A DNA stretch of 64,000 nt from Mobula hypostoma (lineage: Eukaryota). The notes under the pieces were generated by a model. It worked only from the letters and a program-made list of their open reading frames with translations. It was not told the origin of the DNA and ran no database searches. Numbering within the stretch: the stretch's first letter is position 1; each line of letters begins with the position of its first letter. Positions 11,494 through 22,720 of this stretch are shown piece by piece. The translations under genes and the position numbers were made by a program. Location of the stretch: assembly GCF_963921235.1 (NCBI RefSeq), contig NC_086099.1, forward strand, positions 122,202,001-122,266,000, given 5' to 3'.

Positions 11494-12409
11494 GTAATCT
11501 TTCTTCAAAATTCATATCCCTTTCTGCAAGGCTTCTCCGAAAACCCTTGGCGCGCTCCGCGTAATTGTGTTATTGAAGGCAGGCAGTCTAATGGAGTCGT
11601 TGCAGTTTCCTGGGTATAGTTTTGCCTCCACTATTGCTCCACCTGCTGACTGGAATGAGAGACTTGCCGAATGCTGCCTTTCCAAGTGTCCATTTTGTGT
11701 GACTACAGCTTTGTGCTGCTTGGCAGATATATTCTTGTGACCCAGCCGGACTATTACTAATCATGAATCTCTGGTACTAGACTGTTTGCTTCATTGAATC
11801 CAAGTTTAAAAAAAAAGTCTGATCTTTCGTCTAGCGCAGCGGAGGCAGGTAGACTTTTGCTGATTAATGTGGTTGTGAAGGAGATGCTATTTTAGCTTAG
11901 TTTTAGATCTAATTGTACAATGGAAACATCTGATCTATTTGGCACCTCTTCCAATCTTCGAAGTAAATTTATTTGCAAAATACACATACTACCTTGAAAT
12001 TCATTTTCTTGCAGGCATTCACAGTAAATACAAAGAAACACAATAGGATCAATGAAATACCACACGCGACAGAGACGGACCAACCAGTGTGCAAAAAAAC
12101 AACATAGTGCGAATACAAAATTTTAAAAAAACACAGAAAATTATACTAAATAAATAAGTGAGTTCTATAAACCTCAAAGGTGAGTCCCTAGGTTGTGGAA
12201 TCAGTTCAGTGAGTGAAGCTATCCACACCAGTTCAGCCTGATGGTTGAAACTTCGTTCTTCAAGTTTGTAATAACCATGCTGTCATTTGAGTGAAGCTTA
12301 ATTATTCATGGATTTTAAAGTTGAAGCTGTAGGTTAATTGAGTGTCTGAACTATCAAAACAATCTCTTACCCCAAACCAAATTGAAAAGTTTTGCTCATT
12401 TTTTATTTT

Positions 12410-13150
12410 AATTACCTTTAGAGGTACAGTGCAGAGCAGGCCCTTCAAACTGTGCCACACAGTGATGCCCAATTTAACCTAATCACAGGGCAATGTACAA
12501 TGACCTACTAACCAGACTGTGGGAGGAAATTCAGAGTCCACAGGGAGAATATACAAAGTTTGCAGATGATGTGGGTATCAGATTCTGAGCTGTGATAACA
12601 TCGCACTGACCACTACACCATCATGGTGCCCTGACGTGCGATGTATGTTAGCATTCTTCACCTACACTAAACAGTAATTGACAGTAACTAGTTGTTAATT
12701 AGTCTGTCCTGGGATAAGGCCACACATTGTCAGCCTAGCATTGGTCGTCAAGGTGGTGCCAAGTTCCTTTGAACCATTGAATCACGCTGTCGCTGTCTGT
12801 TATGATATCTTAATGGACAATTGTTATCTCAGGTTAAATATCAGAGTATTTTTGTTTTTTTTTATTTAGAGATACAACATGGAATATAGGCCTTTCTGGC
12901 TCTTCGAGCCACGCCGCCCAGCAAACCCAGATTTAACCCTAACTTAATCACGATACAATGACCATTTAACCTAATCGGCACTTCTTTGGACTGTGGGAGG
13001 AAACCAGGGGAACTGGAGAACACCCACGCATTCCACAGGGAGGATGTACAGAGACTCCTTACAGAAGACGCCAGGATTGAATTCCAAACTCCTTCACCCC
13101 GAGCTGTAAGCCGTAATAGCAATGTGATAACCACTACGATACCGTGGCGT
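12410..13150 (-). mobile_element. Two V-SINE/HE1-like SINE copies (~12410-12630 and ~12860-13150) in srsf3 intron 2
   Basis: Carry the central motif GGTTTTCCTCCCACAGTCCAAAGA on the minus strand. Related copies are at 19340-19560, 29350-29590, 35880-36150 and 54540-54800. Confidence 0.65.
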
Positions 13151-13761
13151 ACATCAATAATATTGCCAAGACTTTCCTATCCTTGGTACCCAACTGGTCT
13201 GCTTACCTTTTGGGTTAGATTGACTTTGGAGTAGGTTAAGAGATCGGCATTACACTTTAGGCTAAAGAGCCTGTATTGTTTTAAATTCCTGGAGACCCAG
13301 TTTTCATGGGATTCATCGTTCGAGTCCGAACAATTCTTAAATATCAAATTCAAGTTCAGTTGTCGTTCAACCATCCTTGAATGCAGGCACACAGAACAGC
13401 ATTACTCCAGGGCCAAGGTTTAAAACACAATGCCAACAGTGACACGTATAAGACAGCAGTAAATGTGCAGTCGCACAAAAAGATGAGGATACAGTTTCCA
13501 TTATTGCATGATTTAGATTATCCAGGGAGTCCAGGAACATGAAGATTTTGTTCTAGATGCATGTCCTGGCTAACAAAAATTGCCGTATAGCAGAGAATGA
13601 ATTGCATTTCCTTATTTGTAGATATTTGTTTCAGGATAACCAAGAAAAATTATTGTAATAGTTTAGAATCTTTGCTCTGAAATTTGCAGTGGGCTGTTGA
13701 ACTTGTCTGTGTTTATGCAGGAGATGTGTGAGTGGGTAGATTCTGATTTGCTGATTTTCAG

Positions 13762-13896
13762 GAATCTTTGTGGCTGTCGTGTTCGTGTAGAACTCTCCAA
13801 TGGCGAGAGACGCATTCGTAATCGTGGCCCGCCTCCAGCCTGGGCCCGGCGTTCCCGCGAGGATTATCGCCGTAGAAGCCCCCCAGTCCGCCGCAG
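13762..13896 (+). CDS. srsf3: SRSF3 coding exon 2 (gene exon 3; end of RRM and linker)
   Basis: (R)[51 protein letters not shown]| acceptor, CAG|GTAAC donor, 135 nt, phase 2-2. No zinc knuckle, so not SRSF7. Confidence 0.96.
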
Positions 13897-15727
13897 GTAA
13901 CACCTTTGGGCTTTGTTGTCTTGGTGTAGCTGTGCATGTAAAATTTAAGTTTTTGTAATTTTAACTCTTTTTGTTTAATTCATCTGTTTTTTTGAGATGT
14001 TTGCTTGATGTATTGGCTACTAGTGATGGGCGACATGGTTTTCAACAACAGCCTGAACTTCCACGTTGGCTTCTGTTGCATTTTGCTAAGTTTGTGCAGG
14101 CATGAACACCACGGTGTGTGGGTTGTTTGGGAAGGCACTGAGGATGCCATGATGAACCTGTCACAGCTCATTGCTACCTGAGCTGAGTTCTAAAGTACTG
14201 CTTTCAGAAAAGTTGAACTCCCAGTACCCAAATCTTGGGTTGGTCCAAGCAGTGAGTAATCTCGGCATGGACTTGCCTTAACCGCTGTAATCGCTGACCT
14301 GGAAGGGCACACGGTGGTAAACCTCATCTTCCACTGGTTAGATCGGTTTCCAGTCTCTGATTGATTGCCACCTCCCATCACTGCCATTACTCTAATCCTG
14401 GCGTCCTTGGTTGCCGACCTCCGTGGTTCTGGAAGTGCCCCATATGTAACTGGGTGGTGTACTGCTGGGGCTGTCACTACCTCTCCTTGCCACTGTTGGT
14501 TCAGAGTTTTTAACTTTGCTTATTTCACAGCATCACGATTACTCAGTGCTCTGGTACTAAAATACTGGTGCAGAGGGGATCAGAATTGGCTATGGGCCCT
14601 TAAGTGGATTGTTTTTACCCAGGTTTTCTCAAATCCAATCTATTTTTGAAGTTTGCTGTATTTTGCAGCCGGATAATTAGTTAATGGTGGAGTCTGGTGA
14701 ATTACTGCTTCCAGGCTGTTACCTACCCAGCCTTCCACTGGTCTGTACACGTGTTACCCAGAATCAATGCCAATTCTCTATCTCAAAGATCAGTGTTTTA
14801 GTAAGTGCAGCACAGTACTAGGCTTTCTGCAACTGTGATCCCTTTGGATAACTTCAACATAGGTGGAATTTCTAAAATGAAAGTTGCATTGAAATCTGTC
14901 AGGTTTTTAAAGTATGTTTTTAAGGGGTTTATTGTAAGCTGGCCCTATGTTGACCAATGTTAAGATAAAGATGTTCAGAATGTTTCCAAATAACATACCA
15001 TGAATTTGAACAATACAGTGTAAATGGCTGAAATTCTCTGATTTGGTGACATATTTGAGCTTCATTTAAGCTTGCTAGTGCAAACCTCAGCTGGGAGTTT
15101 TTGCAGAACGCAATAACCCAAGCTGAGGTTGTTGCAGGGGTGCACTGTGAGGGCACGTCTGGGCCTGCTGCACTCCAGCCAGGGTTCCTTCTACTGCTGC
15201 TCATCAATAGAATTTGAAGTGAGGTAGAGGCAGACCTCCCCCTTGGGAGGGTTTGGCAGCCAGTTGGTAATAAACGCTGTAACTCTGGCAAACATGCCTT
15301 CATGTTGGAGATGCCGGTTAGATTCCTGACGTTCATGTATGGCAGAGTTGGCTGCAACTGGGGCAAATGCGTCTTCATGTTGGAGATGCTGCTGGATGTT
15401 CAGGTACAGCTGAATTGGCATGTCTCTTCCCCTTCTAGGGATGCAAAGTGTGCCTGTCACCATGGGGCAGCAAGCAGCCTAGTGGCGTGTACTTCACGCT
15501 GGTTGCATTCAGAAGGAACCCTGATGAACAGGTATAAATTACAGCATGTTGCTGGATTCTGGCCATTTGCAATCAGATTGAGAGGTTAGATATTGCTGTT
15601 TTGCATTGTCACTCATCACTAATGGCTAAAATGAGATTGGTTTTACTGATGGCTTGTGTATTGCACTATTTATTTTTAAAGTTGCATTTTATCCATTGTT
15701 ATTAATAAAAATGAACCCCCCTTGCAG

Positions 15728-16188
15728 AGTCACCATCATGCCTCTTCTCACCACCCTTCGAACCTGCATTAGCCAGTCAACTAGCCCTTTCAGCGTCATG
15801 TGACCAGCGCGCCCCAATCAGCTTGGCTGGTGTCGGTATCACATGACCAAGGCATGTCCAGTCGTCAGGTTGCACCAACCGCCCTTTGGTTCCCAAGCAT
15901 GCTGTATCTCAGCCTCTTCTCCAACCATGACCAATCGGCAGCGGCTGCCTCAACTGCCCCGCACCACTCTGGTCAAATCAGCTGTTTACTTTCTCCACAA
16001 CAGCAGCCGAACACTCAGCATTTGTGTCAGCAGCCTTCGGCTAAATAAAAAGCAGGAAAAAAACCACTACACCCCCCTCTGCCAACCAAATACCACGCAT
16101 CTGGCAAACCTTTTCAGCAAATTCTACCTGGCCGTCAGTCCGGCAGCCTCACCTCTCCATTTCTAGCATGTTGAAAGCCAAAAAACTA
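15728..16188 (+). other. srsf3: srsf3 conserved poison cassette exon (exon 4, PTC-containing, NMD/autoregulation), 461 nt
   Basis: Acceptor CCCCCCTTGCAG|AGTCACCATCATG and donor AAACTA|GTAAGT. Sequence is recognisably similar to mammalian SRSF3 exon 4. In-frame TGA at 15801-15803. Confidence 0.93.
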
Positions 16189-18168
16189 GTAAGTTTTTCC
16201 TGCTTAATACAATAGTCTACTGCTGGTATAATGGAGTAAGCTTTTTGACAAGGTAACGAGACTAGCGTTTTAGGGGGCTGGCTGTGTATAGACAAAAGCT
16301 TTTTAGAAGGGGCAGGATGTTTTTTGCACTTGGGCACTGGAATAATTAGCAAGCTACTTGTGCATTTTAGCTAATGATTATTGTTAATTGATGCCTCTGA
16401 TATTCTTGGCCACGAGTGCAAAAAGAACTAACTGGGCCAGAGTACCTCTGAAGGGAATGCCCTAAATTAAGAATTGATTTTAATTTAAAGGACACTAAAG
16501 GATTAATATGTATTCTTGATTTCTTACTGATGACATGTAAAATTTAATGAAGTCCCTTTTAAGTTTTGGAGACAATTATTGGCTCTTTTCTGGCCTGTGG
16601 CTACCTATTGAAGAATATGCCCAGTGTTGCCCCAAGACCTACTAGTTGAAAATTGGACACTTGGTCCCTTGAGAGGTGCCGTGGCCCTGGTGATGGTAAA
16701 GTGGGAATGATAACTGAAATTTATGTTAAAGCTATTCAGAGTAGATAGCCACTGCTAAAAGGGGGGGGGCGGGGAACAGCATGTTGGGAAAAATCATCAA
16801 TGGGGAAACTGGCTGTCCAATACTGTGTCCTAAACGGGCAGTGGCCACATTGTGCCAATCGCCCAACAGTTGTCATCTTAGTGGCACTGTGCTTCTAATT
16901 GCTTTTATTCCTTTGAGAACTTGGCCCTAGATTTTTCTTCCCCCTCCCCTACTGAGGAAAGTATACAGTGGTGGCTTCATGGGATGGTGTGTTGTGTCTG
17001 CACAACACTGTTGGTCTTGTGTATGGGGGGGGGCAATTGCAATGGTAAAACATGCGTGTTCATTCTTTTTCACTGGTAATTTGGGTAGGATATAATTCCC
17101 TAATGGTGGTAAATGTGGTAATTGTCTCTAATTTAAAGAAAACTGGGGAATATTTACTGTTCTCTGTATTAAACTCTTTGAAAGCCACTACTGAATACAG
17201 TGTTTCCTCATTTAAGTGAAGTTGGTTTTGCTAAGTTTATGATGCAGATGTCAGGCTCACAGGTACTGCAGAGAGTTTATGAAATTGGACCTAAAGCCAG
17301 TTAACCCAAGCGTTTGAGGTAACAGTGCAGGTCTGAAGAATATAATAATTGAATTGTAGTTTATATCTATGTCAAAGTGCATTGCTATGATGGGACACCT
17401 TGTGCACCTTGGTGTTCTCAGTGCTGGGCATTGGGCAGGAAGAAAACTTACGCTGGGGCATTTTTCTTCATTTAGCAAACTAAACTGTTGAGCCACTGTA
17501 ACTTGAGCTTTTCATGTGCTATGAAATTACCAGCGGCATTGCTAGTACTGGGAACATATCCAAGACCTAAAGCAAGATCAAAAGCCCCAAACCAGTGGAC
17601 TAGTTTGTAATGTTTTCCGTTCCTGCTGTTAACCAATGGATTCCTCTAATTTTGGAACACGCAGTGTGCTATTGATTGTCCCATCATAGCAAGGATTTTG
17701 TAGAGCTTCAATTACACCAATGCAGGGTTTTTGGGGATTGTTTCACTGAGGGCAGACCCGTTGAAAGCTGAGTAGTCAGCTGATCTGTTCCTGCATTAAT
17801 TCAGCAATTGGGTTTCATTTACTTTGCTGCTGTACTGTCCTCCTGTGACATAATGGTTGTGCATTGACCATTCAGTTCTCCATTGTTCTGTTATTTTGAT
17901 TCCTGCAATGATTTATTTCTTTGCAAGATGCTGAAGAAATGAAAACCCTGCAGTGGTCTTATTTTGAAACTTATTGATTGTCACCTTGTAGATTACTTTA
18001 ATCTTTAAAAACAGATTTTTGTGCAGGCGTTTGTCGGGCCTCAGGTGCAGTAATTAATTTGCCTTTATTAGTGAGTTGGGTTATTGGGACCGGCTGTGGT
18101 GCTTCACACCAGTCACTGCAGTGATTGTAGTCAGTTTCCTTCCTCACTAATTCCCCTCTCGCTCCTAG

Positions 18169-18210
18169 ATCACCACCTCGCCGGAGGAGCTTTAGCAGAA
18201 GCCGCAGCAG
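18169..18210 (+). CDS. srsf3: SRSF3 coding exon 3 (gene exon 5; RS domain)
   Basis: (R)SPPRRRSFSRSRS. Branch-like CACTAAT, pyrimidine tract and CCTAG| acceptor; CAG|GTACGT donor; 42 nt. Confidence 0.93.
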
Positions 18211-19010
18211 GTACGTGTGGTGTTACTGGCAGGTTGCCATTTTAGCGGCAAGGTTTGCCTCGGTTCGGCCCGAGCCTTCCCAGACATTCTGTTCCAAGTA
18301 TCATAATCACAGACGAGTTATTTAGCAGATGCCGGAGGAACTTAGCAAGTCTGTTAAAGGCCTTGGCCTGATCCGTCAGTATTAATTCCCCTACATTGAT
18401 GCTGCCTGACTTGCTGAGTTCCTACAATTTGTGAGCATTGTATCAGTCTTCTTAACGTCAGCTCTTGTTCCTGCCTTATCTCTGAAGTGGAACCTTGTGT
18501 GCTTCACTAATCTTTGTCTCAAAGTTTGCCATTTTCCAAAGTCTGAAGTCAATCTCTGGCTGCTTTAAAGCTCTGAGTCTTTTAACTAGCATGAATGTAT
18601 GTTCGATGCAAGTAACTAACCTAAGGTAGTTAGATGAGCATAGAACAGTACAGGCTCTGTAGCCCATGATGTGCCAACCTTTAAAACTGTTCTCAGATCA
18701 ACCTGACCTGTTTTACATAGCCCTCTGTTTTTTTTTATCATCCATGTCTCTTAAATGTCCCTAGTGTATCTGCCTCTACTATACCTGACAGTGTTGCAGG
18801 CATCTGCTGCTTTATGGACCAAACTTGTATCTGACATCCTTCCCCCCCAATAGTTCCCTCCAATCACTTTAAAATTACACCCCTCATATTAACCATTGGG
18901 GGAAAAATCTCTCACTGTTTGATCTATTCCTCCTATTTGACACCTTTGTCAAGTCAGTTCTCATCCTCAGTGTATTTTTGATCTCATAACATGTTTTCAT
19001 TTTGCTCTAG

Positions 19011-19097
19011 GTCCCTCTCAAGGGATCGCAGGAGAGAGAGATCCCTGTCCAGGGAGAGGAACCATAAGCAATCTCGCTCATTCTCCAGGTCTCGCAG
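19011..19097 (+). CDS. srsf3: SRSF3 coding exon 4 (gene exon 6; RS domain)
   Basis: (R)[34 protein letters not shown]| acceptor, CAG|GTAAGT donor, 87 nt. Confidence 0.95.
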
Positions 19098-19883
19098 GTA
19101 AGTTAATGCTCGCAATGAGGGGGATCAGTAGGGTTAAAGCAAGAAACAATAAGGATTAACTTTATTCACTATATACATTTAGACGGATTAAGAATTTGTT
19201 GTGTGTTGGTTAGTGTGCGACATGTAACACAAAATAACATTGAATAATTTAACAAAAAGGTTAAGGGGTTTAATGTGCATAAATGCATGAATGCCAGGCA
19301 TGTATTTACAATGTAAACAGCATTATAAATATACTGTGGGGGTATCAGGGTAGTGTAGTTAACGAGATGCTATTATAGCTTGGGGTGATGACACCATCTC
19401 TGAGAATTTTATATGTCCTCATGAACACATGGATTTTCTCCAGGTGCTCTGGTTTCCCCTATACTGCACAAGACATACTGTCCTGTGATTAGTTTAGGGT
19501 TAAATGGATAGGTTGCTGAGCTCATTAGGTCAGAAGGGCCTGCTGTATCTTGAAATAAATGTTGAAATAATAGTTGGTTTACAGTGCAGTGATAAGGTAA
19601 TAGGCTGGGAGGGCTGATCAGAGTAACTGCCTCTTTCTGAGCAAAGGATGCTTTCTTTTCTGGCAAATTTCTTCAGACTATTAGTTTTAGTCTAGTTTCA
19701 TTTTGCAGAACTTCATCATTCGTATCGTGAGTTATGTAATTTACACCTATACTAGAGTATGCACGTTTTTGCACGTAATGTCAGGTATTGAAGGTATTTT
19801 GTATAACAGTTCTTTAGAATTACTGAGATAGTTATAATGAAGTCGGCTCTGTTTTAAACCAGTTTCCTTTTCTCTTATTTCAG

Positions 19884-19911
19884 CCGCTCCAGGTCAACTG
19901 ATAGGAAGTGA
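19884..19911 (+). CDS. srsf3: SRSF3 last coding exon (gene exon 7)
   Basis: TTATTTCAG| acceptor then (S)RSRSTDRK* with TGA at 19909-19911. Joined CDS is 206+135+42+87+28 = 498 nt. Confidence 0.92.
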
Positions 19912-21015
19912 ATCTGAAGCACAGTGGCCTTTGAAGATCGTGTACAGACTGTTGGAGTTGTTAAGAATGTGATTGCATTTGTTTATTAGACTCTTCAGAC
20001 ATGCAGTTAAGCATTTTTTACCCTGTTTTAGCAGTTAGTTCATTGTGTTTTCTTGTACTCCATAATGTAACCAGTGATCAGATTTTCAGATGTAGAAATT
20101 CAGTCATGTGAATTGCAAGCAGAGTTGAATTTTTTTATATAAAGGCGGGAACTAAATTGTGGGCACATCATTGAATCCTTGTACAAGGGTTGGCTTGCCA
20201 GAACCGCTAAGCTTGTCCATCTTCAGTTGATGATAATTTCACCCCCTGCCCCATCTTCCCACAAGCAAGTCTGACCAGCCGTAGTTTTTGTTCATTTCTT
20301 GGTTATTGTCCGAGCTTGAGGGCTTTCTAACATAACATGACAGCACACCTGTGCCGTGCTATCTGAGGGTTGGGTGCTGTAATTGTTTTTTGTACGTACT
20401 CGTTGTGTTTCCTAAAATACCTTCGAGATGTTAAAACTGTAGTATAACTGTTTGTAAATCCTGCACCTGTTAGTTTGTAGTAGATTTCATTAGTGTAGTG
20501 ACTCGGGGGCATTATTTGGAGGTGAATAATTAAAGAATGGGTGACCGGAAGATTTTGCAATATTCCAGTATTTGGGGAAAGGTTCCTTTAAGTTCAACAG
20601 AAGATCAGAACATTAAGAGTTTTAGTAGGCTTTTGAAAGGATTTGTGGTGTGGTAACTCTTTGGATTGGTAAATTTAATCTAGGAAGTGATATTTCTATC
20701 AGTTTTCCCTGTGTAAATTTCACATAATTGGCTACAGTGTTGGGGGAGAAGTGTTCTGTGTTTGTGGTACAGGTTAATTCCTAATCTGAAAATTGCTGTT
20801 TATTATGTCGGAAATGCTGGTGCTTAATCTTTCCCTTGTTAACGACTGCGTTGTAAATACCTGCGCTGCCCTGCTGTGTATTTTGCCCACTGGAGATAAG
20901 AGAAATTGGAGCAATACACTTTCTCCTTCATGATCTGAATCCTATTGTGACACTGCGCCATTTGTTTGCTGTTTTGTGACTTTCTTGGAAATAAACTTTG
21001 GTTACACATTTTCTG
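19912..21015 (+). other. srsf3: srsf3 3' UTR (approximate end)
   Basis: Repeat-free U-rich stretch from the stop codon to the AATAAA at 20990. TEs resume at ~21060. Confidence 0.7.
20990..20995 (+). terminator. srsf3: Polyadenylation signal AATAAA (distal); ATTAAA at 20529-20534 is a possible proximal signal
   Basis: Canonical hexamer followed ~25-50 nt later by GT/T-rich sequence. Confidence 0.7.
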
Positions 21016-21059
21016 TAGTAGTTCATTGGCTTTTGTTCAGTGTGACAACTTGGGGTGAT

Positions 21060-22240
21060 AGGCATAGAACACTACAGCACAGAAACAGGCCCATGAACCC
21101 CTCCCAGCCGTGTACCTATCCAAATATCTTAAATGTTGAAATCAAGCCCACATCAATCCTGTCTGTTGGCAGCTTATTCTACATTCCTGCCATCCTCTGA
21201 GTGAAGAAGTTCCCCCTTAAAATATTTCACCTTTAACCAATGACCTCTAGTCACCTGGCCCATCTTCAGTGGAAAAAGCCTTCTTGCATTTACCCTATTT
21301 ATACCCCTCATAAATTTGTATACCTGTGTGAAATCTCCCCTATAGTTCATGTTCCCCTATAGTTCTAGCAATGTCCTGGTAAATTTTCTCTACTCTTTCA
21401 ATCTTATTTACATCTTTCCTGTAGGTATATGACCGAAGCTGTTCACAATACTCCAAATTAGGCCTCTCCAGTGTCTTATGCAACTTCAACATAACATCCT
21501 ATCTCCTGTATTTAGGACTTTTGTTTATGCAGGCCAATGCGCCAAATCTTTATTTACAACCCTATTGACCTGTGACACCACTTTAAATGAATTATGGAGC
21601 TGTAATCCCAGATTCCTCTGTTCTATGCACTTCTCAATGCCTTACCACTCAAAGTGTAAGACTACCCTGGTTTGTCCCCTCTAAGTGCAAAACCTCACAC
21701 TGAGTGCATTAAATTGCATCTGCCATTTTTCCATCTGGTCCAGATGCTGCCGCAAACTCTTGTTAGTCATCCACAAATTTGCTGATCCAGTTTACCACAT
21801 TATCATTCAGTTCATTGCTATAGATGACAGACAAACAGACCCAGTTGTCCGCTAGTCATAGCCCTCCAGTTGGGCAACCATCTACATAAAACCACGCTGG
21901 TTTCTTCCATCAAGGACCTTGTCAAATGCCTTGCTAAAGTCTGTGTAAACAACATCGACTGTCTTGCCTTCGCCAGCTTTGCTGGTTAGACAAGACCTAC
22001 CATACACAAGTCCCTGTTCACTATTCTTAATCAGTCTGTATATACAACTATATCCATTGCCTTGGCATACCATCCAAAAACTTCCCCACTAATGTCAGGA
22101 TCACTGGCCATGAACTTCCTGGCTTAATCTTAGTCTTTATTAAACAACAATCAGAACAACATTATCCTCCAGGACCATACCCGTGTCCAAGGATCTTTTG
22201 AATATCTCTGCCAGGGCCCCTGTAATTTCTGCACTAAATC
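21060..22240 (-). mobile_element. Old CR1 LINE fragments
   Basis: ORF 21882-22073 contains VDVVYTDFSKAFDKV. CR1 3'-end sequence lies near 21060. Confidence 0.8.
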
Positions 22241-22324
22241 TACAGTTGTAGCAGCAATTCAGGAGTAGGTAAGGTTTCCAAACTGGAAAAACAAAAACAT
22301 GAGAAAATTGCTGCGGGGGTGGTT

Positions 22325-22720
22325 TCAAAGTTCCAAATTATTGTGTGCGTGTATGTCAACCCTGGGATTCATTTGCTTGTGGGTAAATGCAAGAAACAAT
22401 AGAATTAATGAAAGACTGCACTCAACAGGATGGGCAAACAACCAAAGTGCAGTACATAACAAATCATGAAATACAAAAAGAAAAATAAATGAGCAATAAA
22501 TATGGAGAATATGACATATGAGCCCTTGAAAGTGAATCCCCAAGTAAGGTCGCAAGAGCCTGATGGTTGAGGGGTAGTAACTGTTCCTGAACCTGGTGGG
22601 GTGGGCTCTGAGGTTTCTGTACCTCCTTGAGCAAAGCCAGCACGGTGGATGCTGCTTTCCTGCGGCAGTGCTCTGTGTAAATGTGCTCAATGGAGGGGAG
22701 GGCTCTTCCCCCGATGGACA
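22325..22720 (-). mobile_element. Rex1/Babar-like LINE 3' fragment (family with many copies in the window)
   Basis: C-terminal motif RRYRNLR..PTRFRNSYYPSTIRLL. Similar copies at ~23520-23950, 24900-25320, 26410-27100, 30150-30630, 32020-32550, 37730-38350, 39340-39660 and 55280-55590. Confidence 0.65.

Noticed and set aside
14149-14188. C/D-box snoRNA (ATGATGA ... CTGA)
   Set aside because: The boxes are only ~25-30 nt apart and there is no terminal stem or recognisable guide.
11288-19911. Assignment as SRSF7 (9G8)
   Set aside because: There is no CCHC zinc knuckle after the RRM. Length, N-terminus and poison exon fit SRSF3.
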